Shown in pieces: positions 30,764-43,092 of a stretch of 64,000 bases of DNA (positions are counted from its first letter, which is position 1; the number at the start of each line of letters is the position of its first letter). A model generated the notes under the pieces. It worked only from the letters and a program-made list of their open reading frames with translations, did no database searches and was not told the DNA's origin. The stretch is from Octopus vulgaris (taxonomy: Eukaryota): positions 42,842,001-42,906,000 of the forward strand of contig OX597837.1 in NCBI GenBank assembly GCA_951406725.2, read 5' to 3'. Position numbers and translations under genes: made by a program.

Positions 30764-31178
30764 GACAGGCTTCTTTCAGTTTCTGTCAATCAAGTGCACT
30801 CACAAGGCTTTAGTCGGCCAGTGTCTATAGTAGAAGACACTTGCCAGATGTGCTACGCAGTGTGACTGAAGCCGGAATCACGTGGTTGGAAAGCAAGCTT
30901 CTTATTTCTTTACTACCCACAATGGGCTAAACACAGAGGGGACAAACAAGGACAGACAAACGGATTAAGTCGATTATATCGATCCCAGTGCGTAACTGGT
31001 ACTTATTTAATCGACCCAGAAAGGATGAAAGGCAAAGTCGACCTCGGCGGAATTTGAACTCAGAACGTAACGGCAGATGAAATACCGCTAAGCATTTCGC
31101 TAACGATTTTACCAATTCGCCACCTTTTTCTTAGCACGTAATCACGCAAGCTTCTTACCACGCAGCCACGCCTGCGCC
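30478..31178 (-). mobile_element. SINE family A interrupted by a family B SINE
   Basis: Tail ...GTTTCAGTCATTTGACTG at about 30495; head ACCACGCAGCCACGCCTGCGCC resumes at about 31157; GCAAGCTTCTTA is duplicated around the insert. Confidence 0.85.
30905..31124 (-). mobile_element. SINE family B (tRNA head, Meta/Sauria-like core)
   Basis: Minus strand has GAGTTCAAATTCC (B box) and GCCTTTCATCCTTTC..GGTCGAT...AAGTACC. Confidence 0.85.
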
Positions 31179-31387
31179 ATGGATGGGAAAGCCTTCCTTT
31201 CTTATATGTCCCTTCATTAGATTATTTTCCTCAGTCACTGCACGGTGACCGCCATAAGCTTTAAGCTTATATAAAAATACTATTATTATTATTTACAGGA
31301 TTGTAAATCACGGCGCCGTAATAAAAAAATATATGTGTGTGTGTGTGTGTGTGTGTGTTTGTGTGTGTGTATGTATACACACAGAAA

Positions 31388-31424
<37 letters not shown>

Positions 31425-31430
<6 letters not shown>

Positions 31431-31585
31431 TCGTGGCTGCATGCTAATGGGCTTGCCTCTCAACTACATGATTCCAAGTTCAGTCCCACTGCGTAGCACC
31501 TTGGGCAAGTGTCTTCTACTATAGCTCCAAGTCGACTAAAGAGTTGTAAGTGGATGGTGGTAGACAGAAACTGAAAGAGCCCGTC

Positions 31586-31587
<2 letters not shown>
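31425..31587 (+). mobile_element. SINE family A head
   Basis: GTTCAGTCCCACTGCGTAGCACCTTGGGCAAGTGTCTTC. Confidence 0.8.
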
Positions 31588-31637
<50 letters not shown>

Positions 31638-31659
31638 GGGGAGAATTCACACACACACA

Positions 31660-31890
31660 CAAAAAATAAAGACCAAGACAGGTGGTGTAGACTACAAACA
31701 GATGTATTAGTTTAACGCTCGGGAAGTGAAAAGTCTTTAACATTTCGAGCCTACGCTCTTCCACAGAAAAGAATACAGAAAGAAACATGGAGAGAAAATA
31801 AAGAATGTGTAGTGGTTAGCGATCTATCATGGTGAATGCCGGACAGAAGGGTCACATAAGAGAGCTAGGAAGAAGGGGAGATAATAAAAT
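31660..31890 (-). mobile_element. Penelope-like pLTR fragment with a hammerhead-like motif
   Basis: Homologous to 63628-63810; minus strand at 31735-31770 reads CTGTGGA-A-GAGC-GTAG-GCTC-GAAATGTT-AAAG; Penelope origin is inference. Confidence 0.6.
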
Positions 31891-32254
31891 AGTGGTGATC
31901 CCAAAACTAATTGATCATTGTTTAAGATCTTCCTTCAAGGCTTCATTCATTGTAGGGTTAGATCGAAGAGTGATTTAGGTGCTATTTCTAGCGGATCAAG
32001 CGGCCGTACAGGATATATCTTTCAAAGGTGTCAATATAATTCTGATCTTTAATCGACGATGATTTATGCAACTAAAAATTTTCTACTATATGTCCAAGTC
32101 AGTATACATCCATGTAATTTTGAATGTATGTATGTATGTATGTATGTACATCCACACATCCACACATCCACACACACAAGGTATATGAGGAATCAGTTAC
32201 AACTTAAGTGTAAACGTGTACAATCTTCAATAAACACAAACACACACATAAACA

Positions 32255-32377
<123 letters not shown>

Positions 32378-32463
32378 ATATATATATATATATATGCATA
32401 TATATATATTTACGAATATTTACGAATGTATGTATATACACATTCACGCATATATACATACAT

Positions 32464-32537
<74 letters not shown>

Positions 32538-32639
32538 GATATATATATATAGATATATACATACATACATATATATATATGTATAAATATATATATATAT
32601 ATATACATATCCACATATGTATGTTATGTATGCATGTCT

Positions 32640-32718
<79 letters not shown>

Positions 32719-33089
32719 CATCACAGGCTATAAAACTACGTCCGCCTTGTAATTTTACCATCTTCAAAGAAACTCTATTCGTTTTACTTCTACTAACGAA
32801 GAACACATACGATACATATTTGTATCAAAATATACATAACATTCGTATCAATGAGTGATACCGAGTACAACATTAATTATAAAGCATGTTTGCTGGTAAA
32901 ACATCCAAACAAGAAGCCTGTTTTTCGTTTACATTATCAACATATTAATTTATCTTATTTCCTTACAAATTTTATTTGTATGCTTTCGTAGTTTCTGTAA
33001 GGCTTTCCGGTTTGCCGTATTACGTTACGTTTCACAACGAATGTCTTACTCATTAGGACGAGTAGTTATGCTGCGTGTTTCTATCTATC

Positions 33090-33208
<119 letters not shown>

Positions 33209-33530
33209 GCCTGCGTACTAAGTGCCTTTGCTTCATTCGTCATGTGTATACGATTCATTGACAGAACATACATACTTTCCCCTTAAAGAGTGCAAAGCTA
33301 GTTTATGAATAACTTGCGTATGTATGTGTATGTTGATATACATACATGCATACGTACATACATACATGCATCCATCCATCCATCAATCCATCCATCCATC
33401 CATCCATCCATCCATCCATCCATCCATCCATACATACATACATACATACATACATGCTCATATATATGCAGATATATATATCTACATCTATGTGTATGTA
33501 TCTATATATATGAATATATATGTATGCATG

Positions 33531-33607
<77 letters not shown>

Positions 33608-34331
33608 CTTTTTTATCTCTCTCTCTCTCTCTCTATCTATCTACACACACATACACACACAAAAATACTGATTGACAGATGGATATAGATAAATAAAAGT
33701 GGAAATGGTTGTGCTAGGTGCCCAACAAAATTTCCATATTGGTTGCAGTTCTTGATAGTATTCAAGTGAAATTCCATCTGCTGTATGATCCGAAAGTGTT
33801 CTATGCGGGCTCTATAGCGTATGGCAAATATTATGAAAGAACTACGAAGTACGGATTTAGTAATCCTTTATTTTATATGTTACATATGTTTCTGTGTTAG
33901 ATAATTCATGATGTCACATCATAATGCGATTTATAAACAGCAATTAATCATAGTTAGCTCGCTTTTTACAGGGTCGGAGTACGAATCGCAAGCATCTTAT
34001 ATAAACACCAGAGATGTATAAAATGACCAGTATGAAGTAGATGAGATGGGAGTAGGTCAGACGAGGTTGTAGAAGTGTCCATTGTGACAAGTGTATACAG
34101 TGGAATTCATAACGATACAAGCTAAATTCATCTTTGATCTTTCTCTCCTCATTCTATTCAGCAACTTAACTAGCATTGCTATCTCTAATTTTAGCAAAGC
34201 ATACTCAAGAAGAAAAAAAAAGCAGATTTTACTGCATTGAAGCTTACGAAAGGTCTAATTTCACCTACAGGTCCTGCGGGGATTTTTTTGAGACATTTTT
34301 TAAGATAAAACGTTTGTCTCATATGTCATCA

Positions 34332-34395
<64 letters not shown>

Positions 34396-34396
<1 letters not shown>

Positions 34397-34658
34397 GTGG
34401 GTAAAGACCCCCTTCGGTCATGAATGACCATGGGATTGCACCTAGAAAGTTACCCTCCTAGACACAAGTCCGGGCAAGGTTGTTTATGGAAGACCAGCAG
34501 TCGCCCATGCATACCAGCCTCCCCTCTCCACGCCACCAGTGTTATCCAAGGCAAAGACAAAAGTCGATATAGCTTGGCACCAGTGACGTCGCAACTCATT
34601 TCTACAGCTGAGTGAACAGGAGCAACGTGAAATAAAGTGCCTTGCTCAAGAACACAAC
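34396..34658 (-). mobile_element. SINE family C, headless copy
   Basis: Homologous to 49710-50037; minus strand GTGTTCTTGAGCAAGGCACTT (V/CORE-like core). Confidence 0.8.
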
Positions 34659-34700
<42 letters not shown>

Positions 34701-34701
34701 A

Positions 34702-35268
34702 TTGGGTTGTCCGGAAAGTTCGTGCCGATTTTTAAAGGAAAGAAAAAGGTCAATAAATACTTGCCATTACATTTTTAATCAACCAAATATGAACCATTTT
34801 GTTGTGCAATGCGTCTCCATCTTTCCTTAAACTTTAAAATAACCCTCTTCCCAGAATTGAGTTGGTTTCATGGCAAAGAATTCATCAAGGTATCTTTTTA
34901 CGTCATCCAAGGAATTGAAATTTTTACCATTAAGACTATTCTGCAGAGGCCTGAATAAGTGGAAATCCGAAGGAGCAATATTTGGTGAATATGGAGGGTG
35001 GGGTAACACATCCCAGCCGAGCTGCAGCAATTTTTGTCTAGTTCCCAAAGCATCAAGTGCCGAAAATGAACTTTCTTATCGTCCATTTTAAAGGCTTACA
35101 GAATTAACACAGGTTATAGGAACACAAATCTTCTTCCACAAAAAGATAGCTTAAACTGTGCCCTAAATGGCAGTGTAGTCAAATCCTATTTTATGGACTC
35201 AACCATGTTCTAAAATAAGTCGAAAGATAAGCTGCTATAAATCAGCACGAACTTTCCGGACAACCCAA
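34702..35268 (-). mobile_element. Internally deleted mariner (567 bp), same family as 19703-20269
   Basis: Same TIR TTGGGTTGTCCGGAAAGTTC, same length and same deletion junction (HFRHLMLW / TRQKL). Confidence 0.92.
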
Positions 35269-35297
35269 AATAGTGGTTTTGTCTCTAATAATAATAA

Positions 35298-35344
<47 letters not shown>

Positions 35345-35346
<2 letters not shown>

Positions 35347-35488
35347 TTTGTACCAAATCCACTCATAAGGCTTCGGTCGGCCCGAGGCTATAGTGGAAGA
35401 CACTTGCCTAAGGTGCCATGCAGTGGGACTTCACCTGGAACCATCTGGTTAGTAAGCAAGTTACTTCCCACGCAGCCATTCCTGCGCC
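35345..35488 (-). mobile_element. SINE family A head
   Basis: Matches the reverse complement of 39327-39470. Confidence 0.8.
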
Positions 35489-35622
35489 TTGCATTTATAT
35501 ATTCTATACTTATATATAAATGTAGCAATATATCGTTATATATAGATGTTTATACGTATGTGTGTGTATATATATACACATATATATATATGTATATTTA
35601 TATGTTTATATATATTTGTATG

Positions 35623-35697
<75 letters not shown>

Positions 35698-35783
35698 ACA
35701 CAAACACACGAAGAGAAACAGATAAATGATAGAAAATGGAACAAACGACATTCTTCATTTAACATATATACATATATACACGC

Positions 35784-35820
<37 letters not shown>

Positions 35821-35831
35821 CATATATATAC

Positions 35832-35862
<31 letters not shown>

Positions 35863-35881
35863 CATATAATTGTGCTTACAG

Positions 35882-35912
<31 letters not shown>

Positions 35913-36319
35913 TATATATTTGTACACAGACATATGCATATACATACATACATGCATGTATATATATATTAATATATACACGCACATATATATTGATATG
36001 ACTAATTAACTTTGAGAGTTTACTAGCAATAAAAAACGGTGTTTATAAGGCTGCGTACAATACTTCAAACACCACAAATTACTTATACATACACACCTAT
36101 ATATACTTATATAATATATAAATATATGTATATATTACGTTATATGTATATTTTGGCAAAAGATGAAGTGACAAGTGAAATACAGTGAATTGGAAAGGCT
36201 ATTAAATATTTAGGATAAGAAAATGAATTTAGACATAGATAAATGAGTCAATTAATTGATAAGAATAAATATATCCAAGGTTTATTTTTTTTTCTTGAAT
36301 TATCACAGACACGAACGCA

Positions 36320-36357
36320 AGTACACACACACACAGAGAAACACATACACGCACAAG

Positions 36358-36420
<63 letters not shown>

Positions 36421-36514
36421 GCACGCACGCACGAACACACACAAACACACACACAAACACACACACACACACACACACACACGCACGAACACACACAAAC
36501 ACGCACGCACGAAC

Positions 36515-36580
<66 letters not shown>

Positions 36581-36891
36581 GCACGCACGAACACACACAA
36601 ACACACACACAAACACACACACACACACACACACACACGCACGAACACACACACACACGCACGCACGAACACACACAAACACACACACAAACACACACAC
36701 ACAAACACAAACACACACACACACACACACACGCACGCACGCACGCACGAACACACACAAACACACACACAAACACACACACACACACACACACGCACGA
36801 ACACACACAAACACGCACGCACGAACACACACAAACACACACACAAACACACACACACAAAACACAAACACACACACACACACACAAAAAC

Positions 36892-36925
<34 letters not shown>

Positions 36926-36946
36926 CACACACACACACACGCACGC
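36320..36946. repeat. (CA)n compound repeat with GCAC/GAAC higher-order units
   Basis: Directly visible. Confidence 0.95.
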
Positions 36947-37105
36947 ATGAGGCGTTGTGCTCGTAAATTCGTAGATATGTGTGTGTGTGTTTTAACTCTT
37001 GGTAATATTAGACGTTTCCCCGTTTTCTTACAACTCGTCATACATTGACAGATGTACTGCTGCTGCTGCTGCTATCATTACTGTTGTTACCACTACCGCC
37101 ACTGC

Positions 37106-37960
37106 CGTGGAGGCGCAATGGCCCAGTGGTTAGGGCAGCGAACTCGCGGTCGTAGGATCGCGGTTTCTATTCCCAGACCAGGGCGTTGTGAGTGTTTATT
37201 GAGCGAAAACACCTAAAAGCTCCATGAGGCTCCAGCAGGGGGTGGTGGTGATCCCTGCTGTGCCCTTTCACCACAACTTTCTCTCACTCTTACTTCCTGT
37301 TTCTGTTGTACCTGTATTTCAAAGGACCGGCCTTGTCACTCTCTGTGTCACGCTGAATATCCCCGAGAACTACGTTAAGGGTACACGTGTCTGTGGAGTG
37401 CTCAGCCGCTTACACGTTAATTTCACGAGCAGGCTGTTCCGTTGTCCGGATCAACCGGAACCCTCATCGTCGTAACCGACGGAGTGCTTCCATCACTCTT
37501 TCACCACAACTTTCTCTCACTCTTACTTCCTGTTTCTGTTGTACCTGTATTTCAAAGGACCGGCCTTGTCACTCTCTGTGTCCCGCTGAATATCCCCGAG
37601 AACTACGTTAAGGGTACACGTGTCTGTGGAGTGCTCAGCCGCTTACACGTTAATTTCACGAGCAGGCTGTTCCGTTGTCCGGATCAACCGGAACCCTCAT
37701 CGTCGTAACCGACGGAGTGCTTCCATCACTCTTTCACCACAACTGTCTCTCACTCTTACTTCCTGTTTCTGTTGTACCTGTATTTCAAAGGGGCCGGCCT
37801 TGTCACTCTCTGTGTCACGCTGAATATCCCCGAGAACTACGTTAAGGGTACACGTGTCTGTGGAGTGCTCAGCCACTTACACGTTAATTTCACGAGCAGG
37901 CTGTTCCGTTGTCCGGATCTACCGGAACCCTCGTCGTCGCAACCGACGGAGTGCTTCCAC
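37106..37960 (+). mobile_element. tRNA-derived SINE family D with its 233-bp body triplicated in tandem
   Basis: A box TGGCCCAGTGG and degenerate B box GGTTTCTATTCC; units start at 37266, 37499 and 37732; 11-bp TSD ACCGCCACTGC at 37095 and 37961. Confidence 0.9.
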
Positions 37961-38082
37961 ACCGCCACTGCTGCTACTGCTGCTCTTTTTGTTTAACCCT
38001 AGGCTTTTCTTCATCCTGGTCACATATTCACCCTGTGATTACTCACTCATTTCTCGCAGACAGACATTACATATTTACACTT

Positions 38083-38494
38083 TTTACTCTTTTGCTTGTT
38101 TCAGTCATTTGACTGTGGCCATGCTGGAGCACCGCCTTTAGTCGAGGAAATACACCACCAGGACTTATTCTTTGTAAGCCTAGTACTTATTCTATCGGTC
38201 TCTTTTGCCGAACCGCTAAGTTACGGGGACGTAAACACACCAGCATCGGTTGTCAAGCGATGTTGGGTGGGAGGGGGCAAACGCAGACACACAAGCACAC
38301 ACATACATATATATACATATATACATATATACGACGGGTGTCTTTCAGTTTCCATCCACCAAATCCACTCACAAGGCTTTGGTCGGCCCGAGTCTATAGT
38401 AGAAAACACTTGCCCAAGATGCCACACAGTGGGACTGAACCCGGAACCATGTTGTTGGTAAGCAAGCTACTTACCACAGAGCCACTCCTGCGCC
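38083..38494 (-). mobile_element. SINE family A, full length
   Basis: Reverse complement of 39327-39748. Confidence 0.9.
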
Positions 38495-39244
38495 TATGTA
38501 TATCTATTTAGAAGACATTCAAACACGCCAAGTGAAGCTATATTTCTGTATTAGAAAATTACTTATTTTTAAATCTCACAACATGAGATATTCAACAACA
38601 GTACTTTGTAGTAAAGATTGTTTGCCAGCATAACATGACAGTCCTGGTTTAGGACTAATGTTGCTGTAATTTAGCCGCAGGAGACATCGTCTCCAGCTGG
38701 CTATACGACACGATATGCGTCCTTATATTTTCGAACAAGGGAATCTAGAACTCCCACTCAGCTCAAAACAATATCTGTATTTCTCGATTTCTGGGTTATT
38801 TCTCTTCATCAGCACAGAATAATTGTTCGGCTAGAGGTGGCGCTGCCAAATTCCTGTTCGAAATATATAGTTTTCAAAGTGACAACTAGTCACTGAATTA
38901 TAAATTAGAAAATTACTATTTTGGAATCTCACAACGTGAGATATTCAGCAACAGTACTTTATAGTAAAGACTGTATGCCAACATATATTTCTGTAGATTG
39001 AAAAGAGAAAAATGATGAGTGGCTTTAATCGGTTTCAACCCTTTTTTGTGTCTCATCAGAGATGTCTAAATCACTTGATGATTCCTAGAGATACAAACAG
39101 CCAATCTGTCTATATACAAAACAAATCATGTAGCTTCAGAGAACTGGAGATACCCTTTTCTTTACCACCAGTGCTTAAGAGAAAAAGAAAAGTGGAAGGA
39201 ACAAAGAAAGTGTGAAGGGGGCTAAAGGAAAGAGTAAGAGTCGT

Positions 39245-39326
<82 letters not shown>

Positions 39327-39328
<2 letters not shown>

Positions 39329-39497
39329 CGCAGGAGTGGCTGTGTGGTAAGTAGCTTGCTAACCAACCACATGGTTCCGGGTTCAGTCCCACTGCGTGGC
39401 ATCTTGGGCAAGTGTCTTCTGCTATAGCCCCGGGCCGACCAATGCCTTGTGAGTGGATTTGGTAGACGGAAACTGAAAGAAGCCTGTCGTATATATG

Positions 39498-39534
<37 letters not shown>

Positions 39535-39747
39535 TTGTGTATCTGTGTTTGTCCCCCTAGCATTGCTTGACAACCAATGCTGGTGTGTTTACCTCCCCGT
39601 CACTGAGCGGTTCGGCAAAAGAGACCGATAGAATAAGTACTGGGCTTACAAAGAATAAGTCCCGGGGTCAATTTGCTCGACTAAAGGCGGTGCTCCAGCA
39701 TGGCCACAGTCAAATGACTGAAACAAGTATAAGAGTAAAGAGAAAGA

Positions 39748-39748
<1 letters not shown>
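39327..39748 (+). mobile_element. SINE family A, full length (tRNA head, CORE-like segment, TA/TG microsatellite, LINE-like tail)
   Basis: TGGCTGTGTGG A box, GGTTCAGTCC B box, CTTGGGCAAGT CORE-like segment, tail GGCGGTGCTCCAGCATGGCCACAGTCAAATGACTGAAAC. Confidence 0.92.
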
Positions 39749-39822
<74 letters not shown>

Positions 39823-40776
39823 CATATATTTGTACTTACAGGAGATCAAAAGTGTACGTACGCCGCTATATGTATATATAAAGAATCAAAACAAAAAATG
39901 GAACAATAACGTAACAGGCGACAAGAAAACATATATGCACACACACATACATACATACATACATACATACGTGTGTGTATGAGTCTGTATGTGTATGTAT
40001 ATGTGTCTTTGTGTTAGACAACCGGTGTTTGCAACCTAGTGATTTGGTAAAAGAGACCAGTAGAGCAAGTACCAGACTTAAACATACGTACTGGGGGGCC
40101 CCTTTCTTCGATTTAAATCCTTCAAGGCGGTGCCGAAGCTGAGCCGCAGTCCAATGTGTGAAACAGTTTAAAAGGCAAATAAATAAGCATACCACTACAT
40201 AGTTTTAGATTGATTTATGCCAACCACTTGAAAGTTTTCCCTGAGTTTTCTTTCTCTCTTCCCGTTTTCTTTTTTGCAGTTAATACTTTAAGATCCAACT
40301 GACAGGATGTTAGGAACTGTTTTAGGATAAATGCCGTTGAAACCTGATATCATCTCCGGAGCTGCTCTTAGTAGCTTTAAGAGATGTGGTTCGGTCATCA
40401 CCGATGTAGTCTTCCTTGTTGGCTCGTGTAATATCATGTTTCGTTTATCAGGTTTGTCATTCAGGATCTGTTGCGAGGAACACGAAACCAAAATGTTGCT
40501 TAATAGCTCTCGTTACCGTATATAAAGGATTTTTTTTCTTTACAAAGTGTAAATACCGTTGAGAACATACGAAAAGATGTATTTTTATTAGTTAAAAGTA
40601 ATTGTTAACAACATACTTAAAACTGTATGTTCATAGGATAAAATCCATCCAGCATGCATGAAAGATATAGTAGTTAAAATCAAGATATTTTTTTCAGGGG
40701 CATTGGTCGGCCTGGGGCTGTAATAGAAGGCGTACTGGCCAGCTCGCTGCTGTAATAGAAAGTGCCGTACGAAAGC

Positions 40777-41085
40777 TGCGAGCTGGCAGAAATGTTAGCA
40801 CGCCGGGGGAAATGCTTAGCGGTATTTCGTCTGCCGTTACGTTCTGAGTTGAAATTCCGAACGAGGTCGACTTTATCTTTCATTCTTTCCAAGTCGATAA
40901 ATTAAGTACCAGCTACGCACTGGGGTCGATGTAATCGACTTAATTCGTTTGTCTGTCATTGTTTGTCCCCTCTATGTTTAGCCCCTTGTGGGCAATAAAG
41001 GAATAAAGAAATATGCATTATATAAGACGGCAATCCTTGTTTGTCCCCTCTATGTGTAGCCCCTTGTGGGCAATAAAGAAATAAG
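40777..41085 (+). mobile_element. SINE family B nested in a family A relic
   Basis: GCGAGCTGGCAGAAATGTTAGCACGCC...; tail duplicated; family A pieces at about 40700-40740 and 41088-41160. Confidence 0.85.
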
Positions 41086-41853
41086 TAAGTGCTGTACAGT
41101 GGGACTGAACACGAAATCTCGTGGTTGCAAAGTGGAATTCTTAATCACGCAGTCATGCCTAAGTCTGGAAATTATGGAAAACAAAATCTAAACGTTTCGC
41201 GTAGAGTTTGTAGTAGTCTATGTAGCTAAATAGTTGAATGAAGTAATCTATGCAAGCTAAGTGGTGGCTTTCATTCATGTGGCGTAGAGAAAAATAGACG
41301 GACATAGCAATGATGGGAATGGCTCTAAGCCTAAGAAGACTAACAAGCGAAGAACAGGGTTAGCAAGCTGTTTTAATTAATGGAACGCTTGACATTCTAG
41401 AAACTTCTAAGAGAAACGCTAAGCTTCTTGAATAATTAAGAATCTCGTTTCATGGCATATGCTTCGAGAAGCTTAGTAAAGGAAGTTTACCCTTTAATCT
41501 TTCTTGCAAGGAAGGTCATTCAACTATTTAGCTACCGCTACACACCCCTCAGGCAAAAGTTGAGCCGGTGTGAAGATGACCATGAGAAGCTGGACTTGCG
41601 GTGGCCAAAACGGTGTAAGCCAGTCACTGAACAAAGCAGGATGTCGAAATGAGCTGGTTACAGTACTTGCGACGAAAAAGGATGTTGAAATATAAGCAAA
41701 TCTGGGATTTGAAGCTTCCATATGTAAATACAGTTCTATATGCCCACGGGCATGTGGCGTAGTGGTTAAGAGCGCGGGCTACTAACCCCAAGATTCCGAG
41801 TTCGATTCCAGGCAGTGACCTGGATAGTAATAATAATAATAATAATAGTAATG

Positions 41854-41885
<32 letters not shown>

Positions 41886-41890
<5 letters not shown>

Positions 41891-42010
41891 GAACACTTTC
41901 AATATAGTAACCATCCGAGCATCACAACAAATCACAGCACATACCCAAGGCACACAGAGCTGCGCTCGGTAGTGAAGTGAAAGCACGCTATAAAAATAAA
42001 ACTACTGAAT
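41886..42010 (+). mobile_element. R4/Dong-like non-LTR 3' end inserted in (AAT)n
   Basis: Begins with an ILRTLSI* ORF end followed by a short UTR, and is bounded by AAT repeats; clade is inference. Confidence 0.5.
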
Positions 42011-42029
42011 AATAATATTATTAATAATG

Positions 42030-42095
<66 letters not shown>

Positions 42096-42096
<1 letters not shown>

Positions 42097-42237
42097 GAGA
42101 TCACCATGTCGCGCACATATGGTTGTGATGCATGTGCCTGGTGTACCCTTATCAGACGGGTAGTCATGATGGGTATATTGGGCTTCGTATATTTTACCCC
42201 AGTGTCACTTTGATGGCATGAACTGCTCTCTCACTCA
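42096..42237 (+). mobile_element. Non-LTR 3' end fragment inserted in (AAT)n
   Basis: Homologous to 45421-45560; both copies end CTCTCTCACTC-(AAT)n. Confidence 0.65.
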
Positions 42238-42299
42238 ATAATAATAATAACATCGAAAAATACCTTAGGAATGAGAACCCACGTTCGAAATTTCCCCGA

Positions 42300-42345
42300 G
42301 ACACCTGATGAAGGCTGGAAAGTATATCAGCCGAAACGTTGTGTT
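42300..42345 (+). ncRNA. Minimal type I hammerhead ribozyme motif
   Basis: Stem I GACAC/GTGTT; core CTGATGA plus an extra A; stem II GGCTG-10 nt-CAGCC; GAAAC-GTT (palindromic ACGT stem III, GUU cleavage triplet, predicted cut after 42340). Confidence 0.8.
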
Positions 42346-42759
42346 AACAACAAACAAGATGAGGACAAATATCCGTCAAATGTAAATAATGTAAATAATG
42401 TAAATAATGTTCCATATGTAAACTTGTTGAAATGTTTCAGGTTGAAAAAATGTTAGTGGTGTTGTTGACGGAGAGAAACAGACGGACATAGGCAATGACG
42501 TGAATGGCTCTAAGTCTAAGAAGACTAACAAGCGAAGAGCAGGGTTAGCAAGCTGTTTTTATTAATGGAACGCTAGACATTCTAGAAACTTCCAAGAGAA
42601 ACGTTAAGCTTACTGAATAATTAAGAATCCCGTCTCATGACACAGGGGCTTCGAGAAACTTAGTAAAGGGAGGTTACTCTATATGCTTTCTTCCAAGGGA
42701 GATCATTCAACTACTTAGTTACATAGACTACTAGTTGTTAGGCACTCAACTGCCTTTGG

Positions 42760-42933
42760 AGTACAACAGAAACAGGAAGAAAGAGTAGAGAGAAAGTTGT
42801 GGTGAAAGAATACAGCAGCGTTCGCCACCACCCCTGCTGGAGCCTCGTGGAGCTTTAGGTGTTTTCGCTCAACAAACACTCACAACGCCCGGTTTGGGAA
42901 TCGAAACCGCGATCCTATGACCGCGAATCCGTC
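42760..42933 (-). mobile_element. SINE family D, 5' part
   Basis: Reverse complement of about 37140-37310. Confidence 0.8.
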
Positions 42934-43010
42934 TCCGCACAAACACACATACACACATACACACACACATATATATAAACATATACATATAAACATACAT
43001 ATACATAAAT

Positions 43011-43045
<35 letters not shown>

Positions 43046-43092
43046 CATACATACATATAAGCACATATAAATACACCTATGTATACACACAA

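Larger units (their letters stand above)
41743..42410 (+). mobile_element. tRNA(Ser-like)-headed SINE with (AAT)n linker and hammerhead-bearing tail (family H)
   Basis: A box TGGCGTAGTGG (41755), B box GTTCGATTC (41800), tail 42251-42410 ending in (GTAAATAAT)n; second copy at 61467-61952; candidate TSD TTCCATATGTAAA at 41716 and 42410. Confidence 0.85.
41211..42733. mobile_element. Non-autonomous TIR element (TAG...CTA ends, possibly Academ-like) containing an internal duplication and a SINE
   Basis: 31-bp TIRs at 41211-41241 and 42703-42733 with 2 mismatches; flanks TTTG/GTTG; about 250-bp direct repeat at 41286-41535 and 42473-42722. Confidence 0.6.

Noticed and set aside
41743-41822. Functional tRNA-Ser gene (likewise the other SINE heads)
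   Set aside because: No proper acceptor stem, long variable arm or oligo-T terminator; continues into a SINE body
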